Virus record (IMG/VR): IMGVR_UViG_3300022562_000124
Coordinates: 15,699 to 79,698 of that record
DNA length: 64,000 nucleotides
Strand: one strand, 5' to 3'
DNA from: a virus
Shown here: positions 1 to 10,274 of the stretch, one piece after another
Layout: each line of letters begins with the position of its first letter
Numbering within the stretch: position 1 is the first letter of the stretch
The notes under the pieces: generated by a model
What the model saw: the letters and a program-made list of their open reading frames with translations, nothing else
The model's database searches: none
What the model was told of the DNA's origin: nothing
Program-made: the position numbers and the translations under genes

Positions 1-665
1 GTAATCTTTGAAAGTCGATTGACGTATCTTTCGAAAAGCTTAAGCTTATTCTCTTGTATTTCACGAGAAGAAAGGCTTCTAATATGCTTCTTTGCTTCTT
101 CGGCAAGTTCAACAGCTTTCCAACCCATTTTCTCATCATAGAACCATTCTACTGATTCCATAATACCATTAACCCAAGCACTAGGTGCAGAAGGATCAGC
201 CACAATATCAGCAGCAGTTGCTAGACGGAAGTCGTTCTGGACTTCGTTAACACCTTCTTTGTTAAGCTTAAGTGAACCCATACCACGTGATGAAACACCA
301 AGTGAACCACCGGATTCAATAAGACCCTTAGCAGTGTTACCCATTGGTGTGTTTGTGATTAATGCCTTACCGATATAATCTGTGCCTTCCTTGCGGAGAG
401 AAACAGTGCGGTGTGAGACTAGATTAAGATTAATCTGTGGACCATTTGGATGCCCAAGTTCACCCCACGCACAATTTCTGTCAACGGCTTCCTTGACATA
501 TCGTGCAACTTCGCTATCCATGACTTCTTCTGGATACATACGACCATTGCGGTTTTTAATTGCTGACTGTAGGAAAACGCCTTCGATGTACATGTTCTTT
601 GAGCCATCTTCCTTGGCTTCGGTCACATATCTAACGTCTTCAATTGTTTCCGTAATAAGTTTCAT
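1..665 (-). CDS. gp21: T4-like prohead core scaffold/protease gp21 (3' end just beyond window edge)
   Basis: Not in ORF track; manual translation from ATG at 665 gives MKLITETIEDVRYVTEAKEDGSKNMYIEGVFLQSAIKNRNGRMYP...GELGHP...LGVSSRGMGS...DIVADPSAP...KLFERYVNRLSKI; GAGG RBS upstream. Confidence 0.95.
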   Translation of the reverse strand, partial: MKLITETIEDVRYVTEAKEDGSKNMYIEGVFLQSAIKNRNGRMYPEEVMDSEVARYVKEAVDRNCAWGELGHPNGPQINLNLVSHRTVSLRKEGTDYIGKALITNTPMGNTAKGLIESGGSLGVSSRGMGSLKLNKEGVNEVQNDFRLATAADIVADPSAPSAWVNGIMESVEWFYDEKMGWKAVELAEEAKKHIRSLSSREIQENKLKLFERYVNRLSKI

Positions 666-674
666 TTTTACCTC

Positions 675-1058
675 TTAGACTTGGAAATAAGTTGAGTTAG
701 CGTTAAGATTTGTGCCAACCTTCTGTAGCTCAAGCATGACATAAGCGTTAGCGGTTCCTACAAAATTGACTACGATATCAGATTCCTGATTTAATGTAAG
801 TGCCATACCAGCACCGGCATAATCGAAAGAACCTGAGGAATCATATACGCCAACAAGTTCACCACCACGAGTAAGTGTGATGTGACCAGCGTTACCAGTG
901 CCTTGAAAAATCTGTGCGATATATGCGCCTGTCAGTACTTCATTTCCATAAGCAATATCGCTTACAGAGCTATTACCGGCAACCACGATGGTATTACTAC
1001 CATTAAGGTGTACCACAGCAGATGTACCCGGCTTATTTGAAAGTACCTTCTTAGCCAT
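675..1058 (-). CDS. Hypothetical protein in the head-assembly block (between core proteins and gp21)
   Basis: 127-aa ORF translationally coupled to the upstream gene (TAATG overlap at 1058). Confidence 0.7.
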   Translation of the reverse strand: MAKKVLSNKPGTSAVVHLNGSNTIVVAGNSSVSDIAYGNEVLTGAYIAQIFQGTGNAGHITLTRGGELVGVYDSSGSFDYAGAGMALTLNQESDIVVNFVGTANAYVMLELQKVGTNLNANSTYFQV

Positions 1059-1696
1059 TATTCGCCTCTCATTTCAATCGCAAAGTTAAGGAGTTCGATT
1101 ACGCCTTCACGAGTTTCCGCTTTGTCAAGCATTCTATACTGATTGTCTTCAGAAAGATTGCTGAATACGTCAAGCATAGTGTGGATATGGCTTTCTGAAA
1201 ACCCTTCCATCTTTGCTACAAGACGCTCTTCCAATGTTGGTGGAGTGTAATCAGCAATGTCTGGCATAAACTTCTCAAGGGTACGATTAACGATATCTTC
1301 CTTGGTTAGCTTCTTTTTCTTCTTAGCCATCTTGGTAGCTGTAGCATACATTACTTCATCAGCACGATCACCGTACTGATCTTTCCAGTTACCGCCCTTC
1401 ATCTTTTTGACAAGACTTTCGCGCTTCTTCTTTTGAGCAGCAGTAAGCTTCTTTTCTTCAAGCTCTTCTACTTCCTCATAAACTTTTTCGTCCTGACCCG
1501 GATCATAGCCATGGCGAGTCTTACTACGGCTACCCATTTTAATATTGGTTGCCTGAAATACGTCATCACCATTTGCCTTACCGTTTACTTCGTTACGGTC
1601 AGCCTTCTTTTCGATTGTGTGCTTGTCAACAAACTTTTGCTCGTCTGGTGACTTTGGTCTATATACCTCGTTAAAGATATCCTTAAGCGTTTTCAT
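1058..1696 (-). CDS. Prohead core/internal head protein (gp68 position)
   Basis: Position between gp67-like and gp21; charged; N-terminus MKTLKDIFNE and EEVEELEE resemble gp21 cleavage substrates. Confidence 0.6.
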   Translation of the reverse strand: MKTLKDIFNEVYRPKSPDEQKFVDKHTIEKKADRNEVNGKANGDDVFQATNIKMGSRSKTRHGYDPGQDEKVYEEVEELEEKKLTAAQKKKRESLVKKMKGGNWKDQYGDRADEVMYATATKMAKKKKKLTKEDIVNRTLEKFMPDIADYTPPTLEERLVAKMEGFSESHIHTMLDVFSNLSEDNQYRMLDKAETREGVIELLNFAIEMRGE

Positions 1697-1970
1697 CAGT
1701 GATGCCCTCGTTGTCTAAATCTTCCAAGTCTTCCAAGTCAAGGTCGATATCGTCTAGGTCAAGATCATCAATGTCAATGTCTTCTAGATCATCTTCGACT
1801 TCATCACCGATATCATCGTCTTCGCTGCCATAGATTGACTGTGCGTATTCAACACGCTTTGCGTCAAGTGCAGCCATAGCCTTTTCACGCATCAACTTAT
1901 CGAATACATCTGTAAAATCTACAGGATTCTTGTCGATTGCTAGTCCAAGTAACTCATTTGTCTCTGGCAT
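1683..1970 (-). CDS. gp67: Acidic prohead core protein, gp67-like
   Basis: Small, very Asp/Glu-rich C-terminus, directly downstream of portal gene. Confidence 0.7.
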   Translation of the reverse strand: MPETNELLGLAIDKNPVDFTDVFDKLMREKAMAALDAKRVEYAQSIYGSEDDDIGDEVEDDLEDIDIDDLDLDDIDLDLEDLEDLDNEGITDENA

Positions 1971-1997
1971 AAAATTGTCCTTTAATCCAAGTAATAA

Positions 1998-2005
1998 TAT
2001 TTATA
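1998..2005 (-). promoter_or_regulatory. T4-type late promoter TATAAATA
   Basis: tatttata on + strand, intergenic, 28 nt upstream of gp67-like start. Confidence 0.8.
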
Positions 2006-2008
2006 AAT

Positions 2009-3568
2009 TTATTTTTTGTTCGTTTTTGCCATCTGGCTCACAGGTGCTGGAATTGCCTCACCCTCTGGACCCAACTCTGGTGGGTAATACTGAGGATTCT
2101 GCATTTCGAATGGAATCTGTTCATCGATTTCTTCCATTTCTTCATCAGATTGGCGAAGAACCTTACGACGAATCCATTCATGTGAATAATACTTACCAGC
2201 AAACGGATCAATTTCAGATAGCATAGCAATACGGTTACGAAGAATTTCAATTTCTTTTAATTCTGCGTAATAGTTGTCTTGTGAAAACTTGTAGCGAATC
2301 TGTTCTCTAATCTGATCCCATTCTTCAACAGTAATAATTCCCTTAAGGATTAGCTGTCTTTCTAGAATCTTAGTGAAGAGTTGTGCAAACTTATTACGCA
2401 AACGGCTTACAAACTTAGAGAATTTAACTTCGTCACGAGTAATTTCTGAGGCACGACCAAAATTGAATTGCGCTTCAGGATCAAGTCTGCTAATAGGAAC
2501 GTTCAATGACATGTATAGCTTCTTTTGGAAGTACATTACGTCATCCATCTGACCTAGGTTCTGCCCACCCGGTAGAGTTGTGATTTCTGTTCCCTTACCA
2601 CCTTCACGGCGAGGAAGCCAGAAGTCTTCTAGCATGGTCATGAACTTACGGTCATCACGAATTTCGCCAGTAGCGGAATCGTAAACAAGTTTGTTCTTGA
2701 ACTTTGTCATAATATCACGTAGGTACTGTTCTGCCTTCATCTTAGGAAGGTTGCCTACGTCAATATAGAAAATACGGCGTTCTGGTGCACGGCTGATACG
2801 ATAGATAACCAGCGAGTCTTCCATAGAACGAAGTTGGTTTAGAGGCTTTATGGCCTTGTGAAGATATGATTGAACCAAGTCACCATTGAGTGAGGTAAGA
2901 CCTGATGTGCAATGAATGATAGAGTCTTTAGCAATTTTTAGACCGCCAATTGAATTCGATGGTAGAGCAGAGCTACCAGACGTTTTCGAGAATCCCTTAT
3001 CATTGTAAATGTAGTATTCGCTAGCTGTCTGAGAGAAAGAAACGTTGTTAACAGCTTTCTTCTTACGGACTTCACGTAGCTTACGAATCTTACGTGGATC
3101 GATGTAGCGAAGCTCAATAATACCATTCGCAGGATTTGCTTCGTCTAGAATAGCGTGATAGTATAAACGTCCATCAACATACCAGCGTCTAAAGATTTCA
3201 TAAGAAAGCTGATTAAACTCTAGTAGGTTGATGACGTTTTTAAATTCTTCGATAAAGATTTTCTTTACTTTATCTGGCATTTCAATATCGTCAAGAATTA
3301 ATTCAACGACTTCTTGTTCTGCCTCTTGTGTAATAACTTCGTTTACGATATCATCAATGGCCTGATCGACTTCAGGATGTAGTGCCATTTCACGGTACTT
3401 GTTGACCAATTCTGCTTCTGTACGAATAGAACCATCAAGGTCAACGTAAGTACCGTAAACGCCACCTTCCGCAACGATTGCAGCCCCGTCATCACTCTGC
3501 CTAGGGGCGAATGAGACGGGTTCCGGCTGCTTTCTCTTAATTTCAAATCCAAATAGGTCAAGTGCCAT
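2009..3568 (-). CDS. gp20: Portal vertex protein gp20
   Basis: Motifs YR.MA.HPEVD.AI, WYVDGR, YRISRAPERRIFYIDVGNLPK.KAEQY, EDFWLPRREGGKGTEITTLPGG. Confidence 0.98.
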   Translation of the reverse strand: MALDLFGFEIKRKQPEPVSFAPRQSDDGAAIVAEGGVYGTYVDLDGSIRTEAELVNKYREMALHPEVDQAIDDIVNEVITQEAEQEVVELILDDIEMPDKVKKIFIEEFKNVINLLEFNQLSYEIFRRWYVDGRLYYHAILDEANPANGIIELRYIDPRKIRKLREVRKKKAVNNVSFSQTASEYYIYNDKGFSKTSGSSALPSNSIGGLKIAKDSIIHCTSGLTSLNGDLVQSYLHKAIKPLNQLRSMEDSLVIYRISRAPERRIFYIDVGNLPKMKAEQYLRDIMTKFKNKLVYDSATGEIRDDRKFMTMLEDFWLPRREGGKGTEITTLPGGQNLGQMDDVMYFQKKLYMSLNVPISRLDPEAQFNFGRASEITRDEVKFSKFVSRLRNKFAQLFTKILERQLILKGIITVEEWDQIREQIRYKFSQDNYYAELKEIEILRNRIAMLSEIDPFAGKYYSHEWIRRKVLRQSDEEMEEIDEQIPFEMQNPQYYPPELGPEGEAIPAPVSQMAKTNKK

Positions 3569-3593
3569 ATTATATTATTCCAATCAAACTTTA

Positions 3594-4175
3594 TTACTTA
3601 ATTGTGCCACCGGCAGTAGGACCTTCGACTACATAATAGTCATAGGCAAACTGAACTTGGAACGTTTCAATTTCATCGGTTCTGTTCCAATCTAGATCAA
3701 TTGGTGAGATTTCGGTTGGAAATAGACCGACGAATTTATAGGTACGAATAATTGCAGGTGTTGTACCAGATGCGCCACCAGACTTTGCATACTGATAAAC
3801 ATATGCGTCTGTCTTGTAGTTATTTGGTGCTGATGAACCTGTAGTATTTACGTTACCTTCAAGTGAGTTAATCTTGTTGTGCCATGTCTCAAGACCTTGA
3901 CGAATTTTAAAGTCTTCGTCATTAAGAATTGATACTGACCATGGTTGGAAGGTTCTATCACCAGCAACACGAATCTTACGACCAAAATATGGAACTTCGA
4001 TTGCAGAAATTGTTGAACCGGGGATTGCGCTAGCCTGAATCATAAAGCTAGCGTCTCTTGAAATATCCAGACCATTAGGTACAATTGATGGTAGTGTCAA
4101 TTTGACTTGGAAGAGCGTTGGACGCGCCCCTCCAAGCTTCAATGCACCTCTGATATCTTCTATTCTAAAAGCCAT
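3594..4175 (-). CDS. gp19: Tail tube protein gp19
   Basis: GGARPTLF, GRKIRVAGDRTF.PW, G.FPT.IS.I.LDW, IETF.V.FAYDY; between gp18 and gp20. Confidence 0.96.
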   Translation of the reverse strand: MAFRIEDIRGALKLGGARPTLFQVKLTLPSIVPNGLDISRDASFMIQASAIPGSTISAIEVPYFGRKIRVAGDRTFQPWSVSILNDEDFKIRQGLETWHNKINSLEGNVNTTGSSAPNNYKTDAYVYQYAKSGGASGTTPAIIRTYKFVGLFPTEISPIDLDWNRTDEIETFQVQFAYDYYVVEGPTAGGTIK

Positions 4176-4195
4176 TTAAGTGTTCTCCTTTATTC

Positions 4196-4203
4196 TATTT
4201 ATT
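4196..4203 (-). promoter_or_regulatory. Variant late promoter AATAAATA upstream of gp19
   Basis: One mismatch to TATAAATA, intergenic, followed by AAGGAG RBS. Confidence 0.5.
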
Positions 4204-4206
4204 CGA

Positions 4207-6438
4207 TTAGCCAACAATCTCAGAGAACTCGACACCGCTTCTAACAGCCACAAAGTTTAGCTGAATGAAGTTGATTGCTCTAGCTGGCTTGATATAGATA
4301 TCTCCAACAAATCTGTTAGTATCAACGATCTGTGGTGTGTTATTTGATTCATCGCACACAACACGGAAGTCATAGATACCACGGCGACCCTGTACATCAC
4401 GTAGGAAAGGTTCTACGAGGTTGATGAACTGAGCACGTGTGAATTCATCGTTGAATTCAAATAGGAATGACTTAGATGCTTGTGAAATAGTCTTTTCAAG
4501 AATAATGAATAGTCTACGCACATTGATGCGGTCAAACGCACTTGGCTTAGATAGAAGAGTCTTATCGCCATATAGGATAATGCCCTGACCCGGTTGTGAA
4601 ATTACAGGGTTCACACTATTCTTATATAGAACGTCTCTCTGTGCTCTATTTGGATTAAATGCAAGTTTGATTGCGTTACGAATCTGACCACGTGAATTAC
4701 CTGCTGGTGAATACCATGGATCACGAGTATTGTCAGTGCGTACACATAGACCTGCAATGTCACCGTTTAGAGGAATCCAGCGGTAAGTATCATTGTACTT
4801 GTCATACTGGTACTTATAGCCAGAATCCATTACAGCGTAAGAAGATGATCTTACTTCGTTGCGGAAAGCAACAACATTTTCTTCTGCACCAATTGGCTTA
4901 TTGACAACAGTGTCAATTGTTGGTGAAACAAACACTACACAATCTCTGCGAACTTCAGCAAGGTTATCGATTAGATAGTTTGCTAGCTGTTCACCAACTG
5001 CACCATCTTCCTTTCTTGACTTACCAGTAAGAACTAGTGCAATGTCAATGTCTTCTGGTGATACGAATGTGTCGTATGCAGTTGCAAGTGATGCGAATGG
5101 TAGATCAACTTCACTCACATCGCTACCACCAACAAATGATACTGTAAGCGGAGCATTTGCAGTAACTGAAGCAATGTTTACGGCAGTATTGGCTTCTGAT
5201 CCAGCACGTTCACCAGCTACCCAGACATATTCTGACTGATCGTTGATGACTGTTCTGTAGTAGTTTCCAGTGCCATCAGGAAGCTTAGCATCGGTTGCTC
5301 TTGAAACGCCCTTGTAAACTTCAAGAACAGCACCCGGAGCACCAGTGAAAGCACCGTCTTCGTCTACGACAACAACATGTACTTCGTCCATCTGTGCGGT
5401 TGGATCGGCAAGCTGTAGAGCAGTGTTGCCGTATGCAGCAACGTATTCAGAACGACCCGGAGCAGCGTCTACCTGTGTGAAGTATTCCCAATAACGACCA
5501 ACAAAATTCTGATTAATATCAGATGATAGCTTTAGTGGCTGATCAAGTGTTAGTGAAATTGTCACAACACCAGTATTGACAAGTCCATTCTGTTCGACTA
5601 CAGGTGCACCAACGGTAAGAACCTTTAGCTTCTGTGAAGAATTGCCAACCTTAACTTGGATATAATCGCCTTCATTGATCTTATCGGCAACTGCGGCAGC
5701 ATCGGCAGCAATAGTACCAGAATCTTCTGCTGTGAAGTTGAATGTTGTATTTGCTATTGGATCATAAATTGGAACGTTTACGTTTGAACCATCAAGAGTG
5801 ATAGTAGCAATTGAGGAACCAACAGGCAGAAAGAATCCAGTATTTGGACCACTGAATGCAGCATTTGCAGTAACGGTAACTGCGGTATTTCCTGTTCCAT
5901 ATGTGTATGAAACATAGAACTTAGTTTCATCAATAATAACGTTTGATGAAAACTGTTCTGCGCTTTCACAGACAGATACCTTAAGTGAGTTACCAATTTC
6001 GCCGGGGAAACGAGCAACATATGCAAGATCGCTAGCAGCTAGGGTAGCTTCCTTAGTTGCAAAGTCATCTGCATTTAGTACTGTAAGTGTCGCTGAAGCA
6101 GAGCTTGCATTTGCGGTCTCACCACCTACGGCTGCGAACTGTGATGCAGTATTAGCAGCACGAGTTACGTATAGTGCATTTGAGTATGATAGAAAGTTTG
6201 CTGCTGTGAAAAAGGTCTCAGGGTTAAGGTTTGTTGGCTTCCCGAACTGCTTAACAAGATCGTTCTCGGAAGTTACCAAAGCTGGCTTATTAACTGGACC
6301 CCAACGGAATACACCAGCAAATGCGCCAACAGTAGTAGCTACGGCAGGTGTTACCGTAGTAAGATCGATTTCTGAGAAATTTACACCGGCACTTAGTTGA
6401 TTACCACCGCCACCGGTTCCAAAATTCTGAACGGCCAT
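4207..6438 (-). CDS. gp18: Tail sheath protein gp18
   Basis: GAFAGVFRWGP, FGKP...FL.Y, PWYSPAG..RG, GDKT...PSAFDRINVRRLF, FEFND.FTR..F, IKPARAINFI.LNFVAVRSG. Confidence 0.98.
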   Translation of the reverse strand: MAVQNFGTGGGGNQLSAGVNFSEIDLTTVTPAVATTVGAFAGVFRWGPVNKPALVTSENDLVKQFGKPTNLNPETFFTAANFLSYSNALYVTRAANTASQFAAVGGETANASSASATLTVLNADDFATKEATLAASDLAYVARFPGEIGNSLKVSVCESAEQFSSNVIIDETKFYVSYTYGTGNTAVTVTANAAFSGPNTGFFLPVGSSIATITLDGSNVNVPIYDPIANTTFNFTAEDSGTIAADAAAVADKINEGDYIQVKVGNSSQKLKVLTVGAPVVEQNGLVNTGVVTISLTLDQPLKLSSDINQNFVGRYWEYFTQVDAAPGRSEYVAAYGNTALQLADPTAQMDEVHVVVVDEDGAFTGAPGAVLEVYKGVSRATDAKLPDGTGNYYRTVINDQSEYVWVAGERAGSEANTAVNIASVTANAPLTVSFVGGSDVSEVDLPFASLATAYDTFVSPEDIDIALVLTGKSRKEDGAVGEQLANYLIDNLAEVRRDCVVFVSPTIDTVVNKPIGAEENVVAFRNEVRSSSYAVMDSGYKYQYDKYNDTYRWIPLNGDIAGLCVRTDNTRDPWYSPAGNSRGQIRNAIKLAFNPNRAQRDVLYKNSVNPVISQPGQGIILYGDKTLLSKPSAFDRINVRRLFIILEKTISQASKSFLFEFNDEFTRAQFINLVEPFLRDVQGRRGIYDFRVVCDESNNTPQIVDTNRFVGDIYIKPARAINFIQLNFVAVRSGVEFSEIVG

Positions 6439-6485
6439 TTAGCTCTTCTCCTTTAAAGGGGTTAATTATGTTGTTTTACATGTCA

Positions 6486-6493
6486 TATTTATA
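6486..6493 (-). promoter_or_regulatory. T4-type late promoter TATAAATA
   Basis: Exact match, intergenic upstream of gp18. Confidence 0.85.
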
Positions 6494-6503
6494 AAAACAG
6501 GAA

Positions 6504-8156
6504 TTAGAAGAACATGAACTCTTTGGATGGATTCTCAGTAAGATCAATCACATCCTGATATTCAGTGAATACTTCCTGACCATCATCCAAGAAAAATGAA
6601 TCTAATTGACTTTCCAATTCCTCTTCTGTTTTGTCTCTAAGCTTCATCAGCGTATTAATATCAGTTAGGTCTCTGAAATATTGCTGATCACTCATCCATC
6701 CGAAGAGAACAAGGCCCATAACTAGATCGTCTGTACAACCCGGCTCTGCTTCATATGACACGCCCTTCTTTGAAAAACGAGAAAGTTCAAAGATAGTATC
6801 GTTATCGTTAATAATTAATTGTCTTTGCTCAACAAGTAGTTTGAGCATTGAACAGCCAACAGACTTGACAGTTTTTGTTGTTCTGATACCTCTGTCTGTT
6901 CCACCAGACTTATTGAATCCTGTGGAAATTCTCTTACCTCTGGCACCAGCATGTTCTGTATATACGATGCCTTCGTATTCATAATCAAAGTGTAATGAGT
7001 CGGCAACCTGTGCACCGATATCATTAATTTCTACTAGCACAGTAGCGTTATTGAAGGCTTTGGCTGTCCTGAATATGACACCAGCATAATCAAGCGGGGT
7101 TATCATATTGCTACGGAAAGTGCAAACCTGTTGATACGGCATTTTGGTAACATCGATCAATTGGAATGCAGAGTAGTCTAGTCCTTTTCCTCTTGACACA
7201 TCGCACACAATAACGTATTGGTGTCCTGCAATCTTATCTTCGTAGATATTTAGACCATCACCAGAATGAATTGGAGTCTTGGCAACCAATGTTTTCAGCA
7301 CAGCACCAGAAATAAGGGTACCGGATGAACCAAGCCAAGCACATTCGAATTCCTGTGCAAACTTTTCTAGGTCGAAGTTCATAGCAGATAGGGTTTCGTG
7401 TCTCCACTTTTCATCACGGCCCGGTACACGCTGCCAAGGAACTTCAATGTATTCGTAACCATTGTACTCTTTGCTGTCTCTGTCGGCTTGTGCGCCCATA
7501 CAGATACCGTAGAAGTGGTTCAATCCGTTTGGTGTTGAAGTGAATAGAATCTTGGTTGTCTGACCAGAAGAAATGGTAGGGAAAACGGATGCAAAGAATT
7601 CTTCCCATCCTTCAACGAATGCAGCTTCGTCAATGTATAGTAGTGAAATAGAACGACCACGAATAGCAGAAGATGATGTAGCAGCCGCAAGGACTTTACA
7701 ACCGTTCTCTAATTCGATATTACCCTTGTTCCATTCCACAACGCCCTGTTGTAGCCAATCAGGAAGAGATTCGTATGATAGCTTCACACGCTCTAGAATT
7801 TCACGAGCAGCGTCACCCTTGTTAGCAAGTAGTGCGACTTCCTTGTGGTTATTAAAAAGAATGTAGTGAAGAATAATTGCTGCCGCTGTGGTAGTCTTAC
7901 CTGCCTGACGGGAAGTACATACGGCGACTCGTCTTGACGTAGTGATCCTGTTTATGATATCTTTCTGGTAATCATAGAGCCTGATAGGAATTAGACCATG
8001 GTCAACGTGAACAATCTGAATATACTTTTCGGCAAAGTAAATTGGGTCTTGTGCACATTTTAACCATTCTTGTACCTGTTCAGGAGTCCAAGCAATTTTC
8101 TTTCGTGCTTTTTTGAGTAGCGGATTACCGTTGTAACCCTTATCCTGCATTTGCAT
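6504..8156 (-). CDS. gp17: Terminase large subunit gp17
   Basis: Walker A SRQAGKTT, Walker B LLYIDEAAF, TSTPNG, nuclease DVSRGKGLDYS and DDLVM. Confidence 0.98.
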   Translation of the reverse strand: MQMQDKGYNGNPLLKKARKKIAWTPEQVQEWLKCAQDPIYFAEKYIQIVHVDHGLIPIRLYDYQKDIINRITTSRRVAVCTSRQAGKTTTAAAIILHYILFNNHKEVALLANKGDAAREILERVKLSYESLPDWLQQGVVEWNKGNIELENGCKVLAAATSSSAIRGRSISLLYIDEAAFVEGWEEFFASVFPTISSGQTTKILFTSTPNGLNHFYGICMGAQADRDSKEYNGYEYIEVPWQRVPGRDEKWRHETLSAMNFDLEKFAQEFECAWLGSSGTLISGAVLKTLVAKTPIHSGDGLNIYEDKIAGHQYVIVCDVSRGKGLDYSAFQLIDVTKMPYQQVCTFRSNMITPLDYAGVIFRTAKAFNNATVLVEINDIGAQVADSLHFDYEYEGIVYTEHAGARGKRISTGFNKSGGTDRGIRTTKTVKSVGCSMLKLLVEQRQLIINDNDTIFELSRFSKKGVSYEAEPGCTDDLVMGLVLFGWMSDQQYFRDLTDINTLMKLRDKTEEELESQLDSFFLDDGQEVFTEYQDVIDLTENPSKEFMFF

Positions 8157-8158
8157 GA

Positions 8159-8557
8159 TTATTCGCTCTTGTTTTTCATGTCCTCAAGCATCTGCTGCAA
8201 TTCGGCTGTGGAGCCGACGAATAGATTGTTGGTAACATTTTGTTGTTCTTGCGCTGGTTTATTTACAATGCGCTTCTTTTTGATTTGCAATTCAGCCAAT
8301 CCCATGCTAATGTCAGCCATGGTTTTGATAGCAGAATTTAATACTTCGTATGCCTTAGGGTGCTGTGATTGCTGTGCGATATTGACCATATCTTGAACAG
8401 CTTGTTTGCTCATTTCTAAAGCATTGTACAAGCCTTCTCGTGCCTGATCTACATCTTCCTCGCCCTGTTCTTCGCCTAGAGCAGGAAGGTTATCTTTCTC
8501 TTCATAAATCGCAGGTACTGTTCTCAGTCCTAATGCGTCATCTATTTGTTTTGTCAT
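8159..8557 (-). CDS. gp16: Terminase small subunit gp16
   Basis: HPKAYEV, NNLFVGSTAEL motifs; immediately upstream of gp17. Confidence 0.93.
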   Translation of the reverse strand: MTKQIDDALGLRTVPAIYEEKDNLPALGEEQGEEDVDQAREGLYNALEMSKQAVQDMVNIAQQSQHPKAYEVLNSAIKTMADISMGLAELQIKKKRIVNKPAQEQQNVTNNLFVGSTAELQQMLEDMKNKSE

Positions 8558-9609
8558 AGTCCGTCTATAATGTCTATAATGAATCCATAGTCACTGTTTG
8601 CGTAGATTTGGTCTGGTGAGACAGATAGTGGTGGAGCAATGACCGTATCGATGACTGTTCCTGTAGCACCTGTATCCGAACCAATCACGATATCACCGTT
8701 TGCAATTTGACCATGAATGTTTCTCGTAGAGAATGAAGTCGAATTACTTGCGGCAACATATGCATAATTATCAGCGTCAACGTATACTTTTTCTGTAATA
8801 TCAAAAGTACCAGTAGTATTTGCTAATGTATATGTATACAAATGAACACTTGCAGAAGTTGCCATGCCATTTGCGAACATACCCGGAACAATGTGAACCA
8901 CACTAGCAGGGTCTGTATTGTTTGGATTAGCATCCCACACAGAAATGTTGGCTGGTGGATATGTAAGATTTAGTGTGATATCCTTAATAATACCATTTGA
9001 AGTGCTGTAGGTAGGACCAAAGAAATATGCCTTCATCGTGAACTTTAGTGTCCAGATGATCGCTCTTCTATTAATGAAGTCACCTTCATAGGTATCCTCT
9101 TGATCTACCGTTTCAAGTGTGATAGGAATGTCGTGCTTTTGATTAAGATCAGTATTAAGATTTAGTGTCGCCGTCCATGTAGGATTGAAAAACGGAAGGA
9201 TTTGCTCGACAATATACGTACCGTCTTCCACGTTTTTCGTCATAATTGACAACGTGAATTCGATGTTGTATGGAACGGGCTGATACTGGTATTTCACACC
9301 ATTTGGATTATTAGGATCAATGACAGTGACTCTATTAAAAGTTGGTAACTTTCTTGTAGGATCGTAATACATGTTGGTCATTTCAAATGTCATTCTTGGT
9401 AGCTGAATGGCAATTGGTCTATTCAAACCGGGGTTGCCTTCAAGACGAGCAAGAAACTTTTCACGAGGACCATAGTTCAATGGCACCTTCATGTTCTGAA
9501 TCTGTGTACCAGTATTGTCGTATCTCTTTAACCAAATGTTATTAAAAAGAGTGCCGAAATAAATGACGTACTTACGCAGCGTACCATGTCCAAATGTAGT
9601 ACCGAACAT
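8554..9609 (-). CDS. gp15: Tail sheath stabilizer/completion protein gp15, with C-terminal insertion
   Basis: FGTLFNNI, VPL.YGP.EKFL, LPRM.FEM, PVPY, QILPFF.P, RR.IIWTL.F. Confidence 0.94.
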   Translation of the reverse strand: MFGTTFGHGTLRKYVIYFGTLFNNIWLKRYDNTGTQIQNMKVPLNYGPREKFLARLEGNPGLNRPIAIQLPRMTFEMTNMYYDPTRKLPTFNRVTVIDPNNPNGVKYQYQPVPYNIEFTLSIMTKNVEDGTYIVEQILPFFNPTWTATLNLNTDLNQKHDIPITLETVDQEDTYEGDFINRRAIIWTLKFTMKAYFFGPTYSTSNGIIKDITLNLTYPPANISVWDANPNNTDPASVVHIVPGMFANGMATSASVHLYTYTLANTTGTFDITEKVYVDADNYAYVAASNSTSFSTRNIHGQIANGDIVIGSDTGATGTVIDTVIAPPLSVSPDQIYANSDYGFIIDIIDGL

Positions 9610-10274
9610 TAAACGTTTCCTTCACTGAAAGGATCGATGGTAGACCAGTCAACGATATCCTCGCCATCTTCCTGAAATTCTTGGTTTGTAGCAAATACAT
9701 CAGACATTGCTTCTTCAAACGCATTATTAGAATACACGTTTGATACAGAAAATCTTTCTTCAATGGCATCGATTTCATCAACACCAGTTTCGAATCTTTC
9801 GTTTGAGTATTCCCACACTTCGCAAACAACATCCCAAACCTGCAAGGAACCCATCTGATAGAAGAATGCAGAGTTGTTTACGTATTTAATGACAAAGATA
9901 CGCTTCATCATTGTAGAGTAAACAAGGTCGCCTTCTCTTGGTCTCTGAATATCAGGACGCTGAGCGGCAATCTCATTACCGAATACTCTTCTGGATACGG
10001 TAAAAGTAATCTGGTCGCGGATTTCTAGATTAAATTTGGATAGGAATGTGCCGTCACCTTCGTATGAGTCATAGGACTTGACGTACATGTCAAATTCATA
10101 TGCTGAGCGATATGTTGATAGGGTATCTTCGCCGTAGATATCATCCTTCTTCACAAGCTCTCGTGGAAGGTAATATACACTATGACCATAAATGGCAAGC
10201 GTTTCTACCACCAAATCATCGATAAGGCTTTGCTCTGCATAATTGTTGAAGGTGTCAAAATATAAATTTGGCAT
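9609..10274 (-). CDS. gp14: Neck protein gp14
   Basis: EQ.LI.DLV.E...IYG..VYYLPR, SKF.LEIRD, RP.EGDL.Y, FYQ.G, ends DPFSEG. Confidence 0.95.
   Translation of the reverse strand: MPNLYFDTFNNYAEQSLIDDLVVETLAIYGHSVYYLPRELVKKDDIYGEDTLSTYRSAYEFDMYVKSYDSYEGDGTFLSKFNLEIRDQITFTVSRRVFGNEIAAQRPDIQRPREGDLVYSTMMKRIFVIKYVNNSAFFYQMGSLQVWDVVCEVWEYSNERFETGVDEIDAIEERFSVSNVYSNNAFEEAMSDVFATNQEFQEDGEDIVDWSTIDPFSEGNV

Noticed and set aside
6450-6459. Palindrome cctttaaagg overlapping gp18 RBS
   Set aside because: Too short to assign a function
2009-8156. Introns, inteins or homing endonucleases in portal, sheath or terminase
   Set aside because: ORFs are continuous and of near-normal length, with no intein or endonuclease motifs seen
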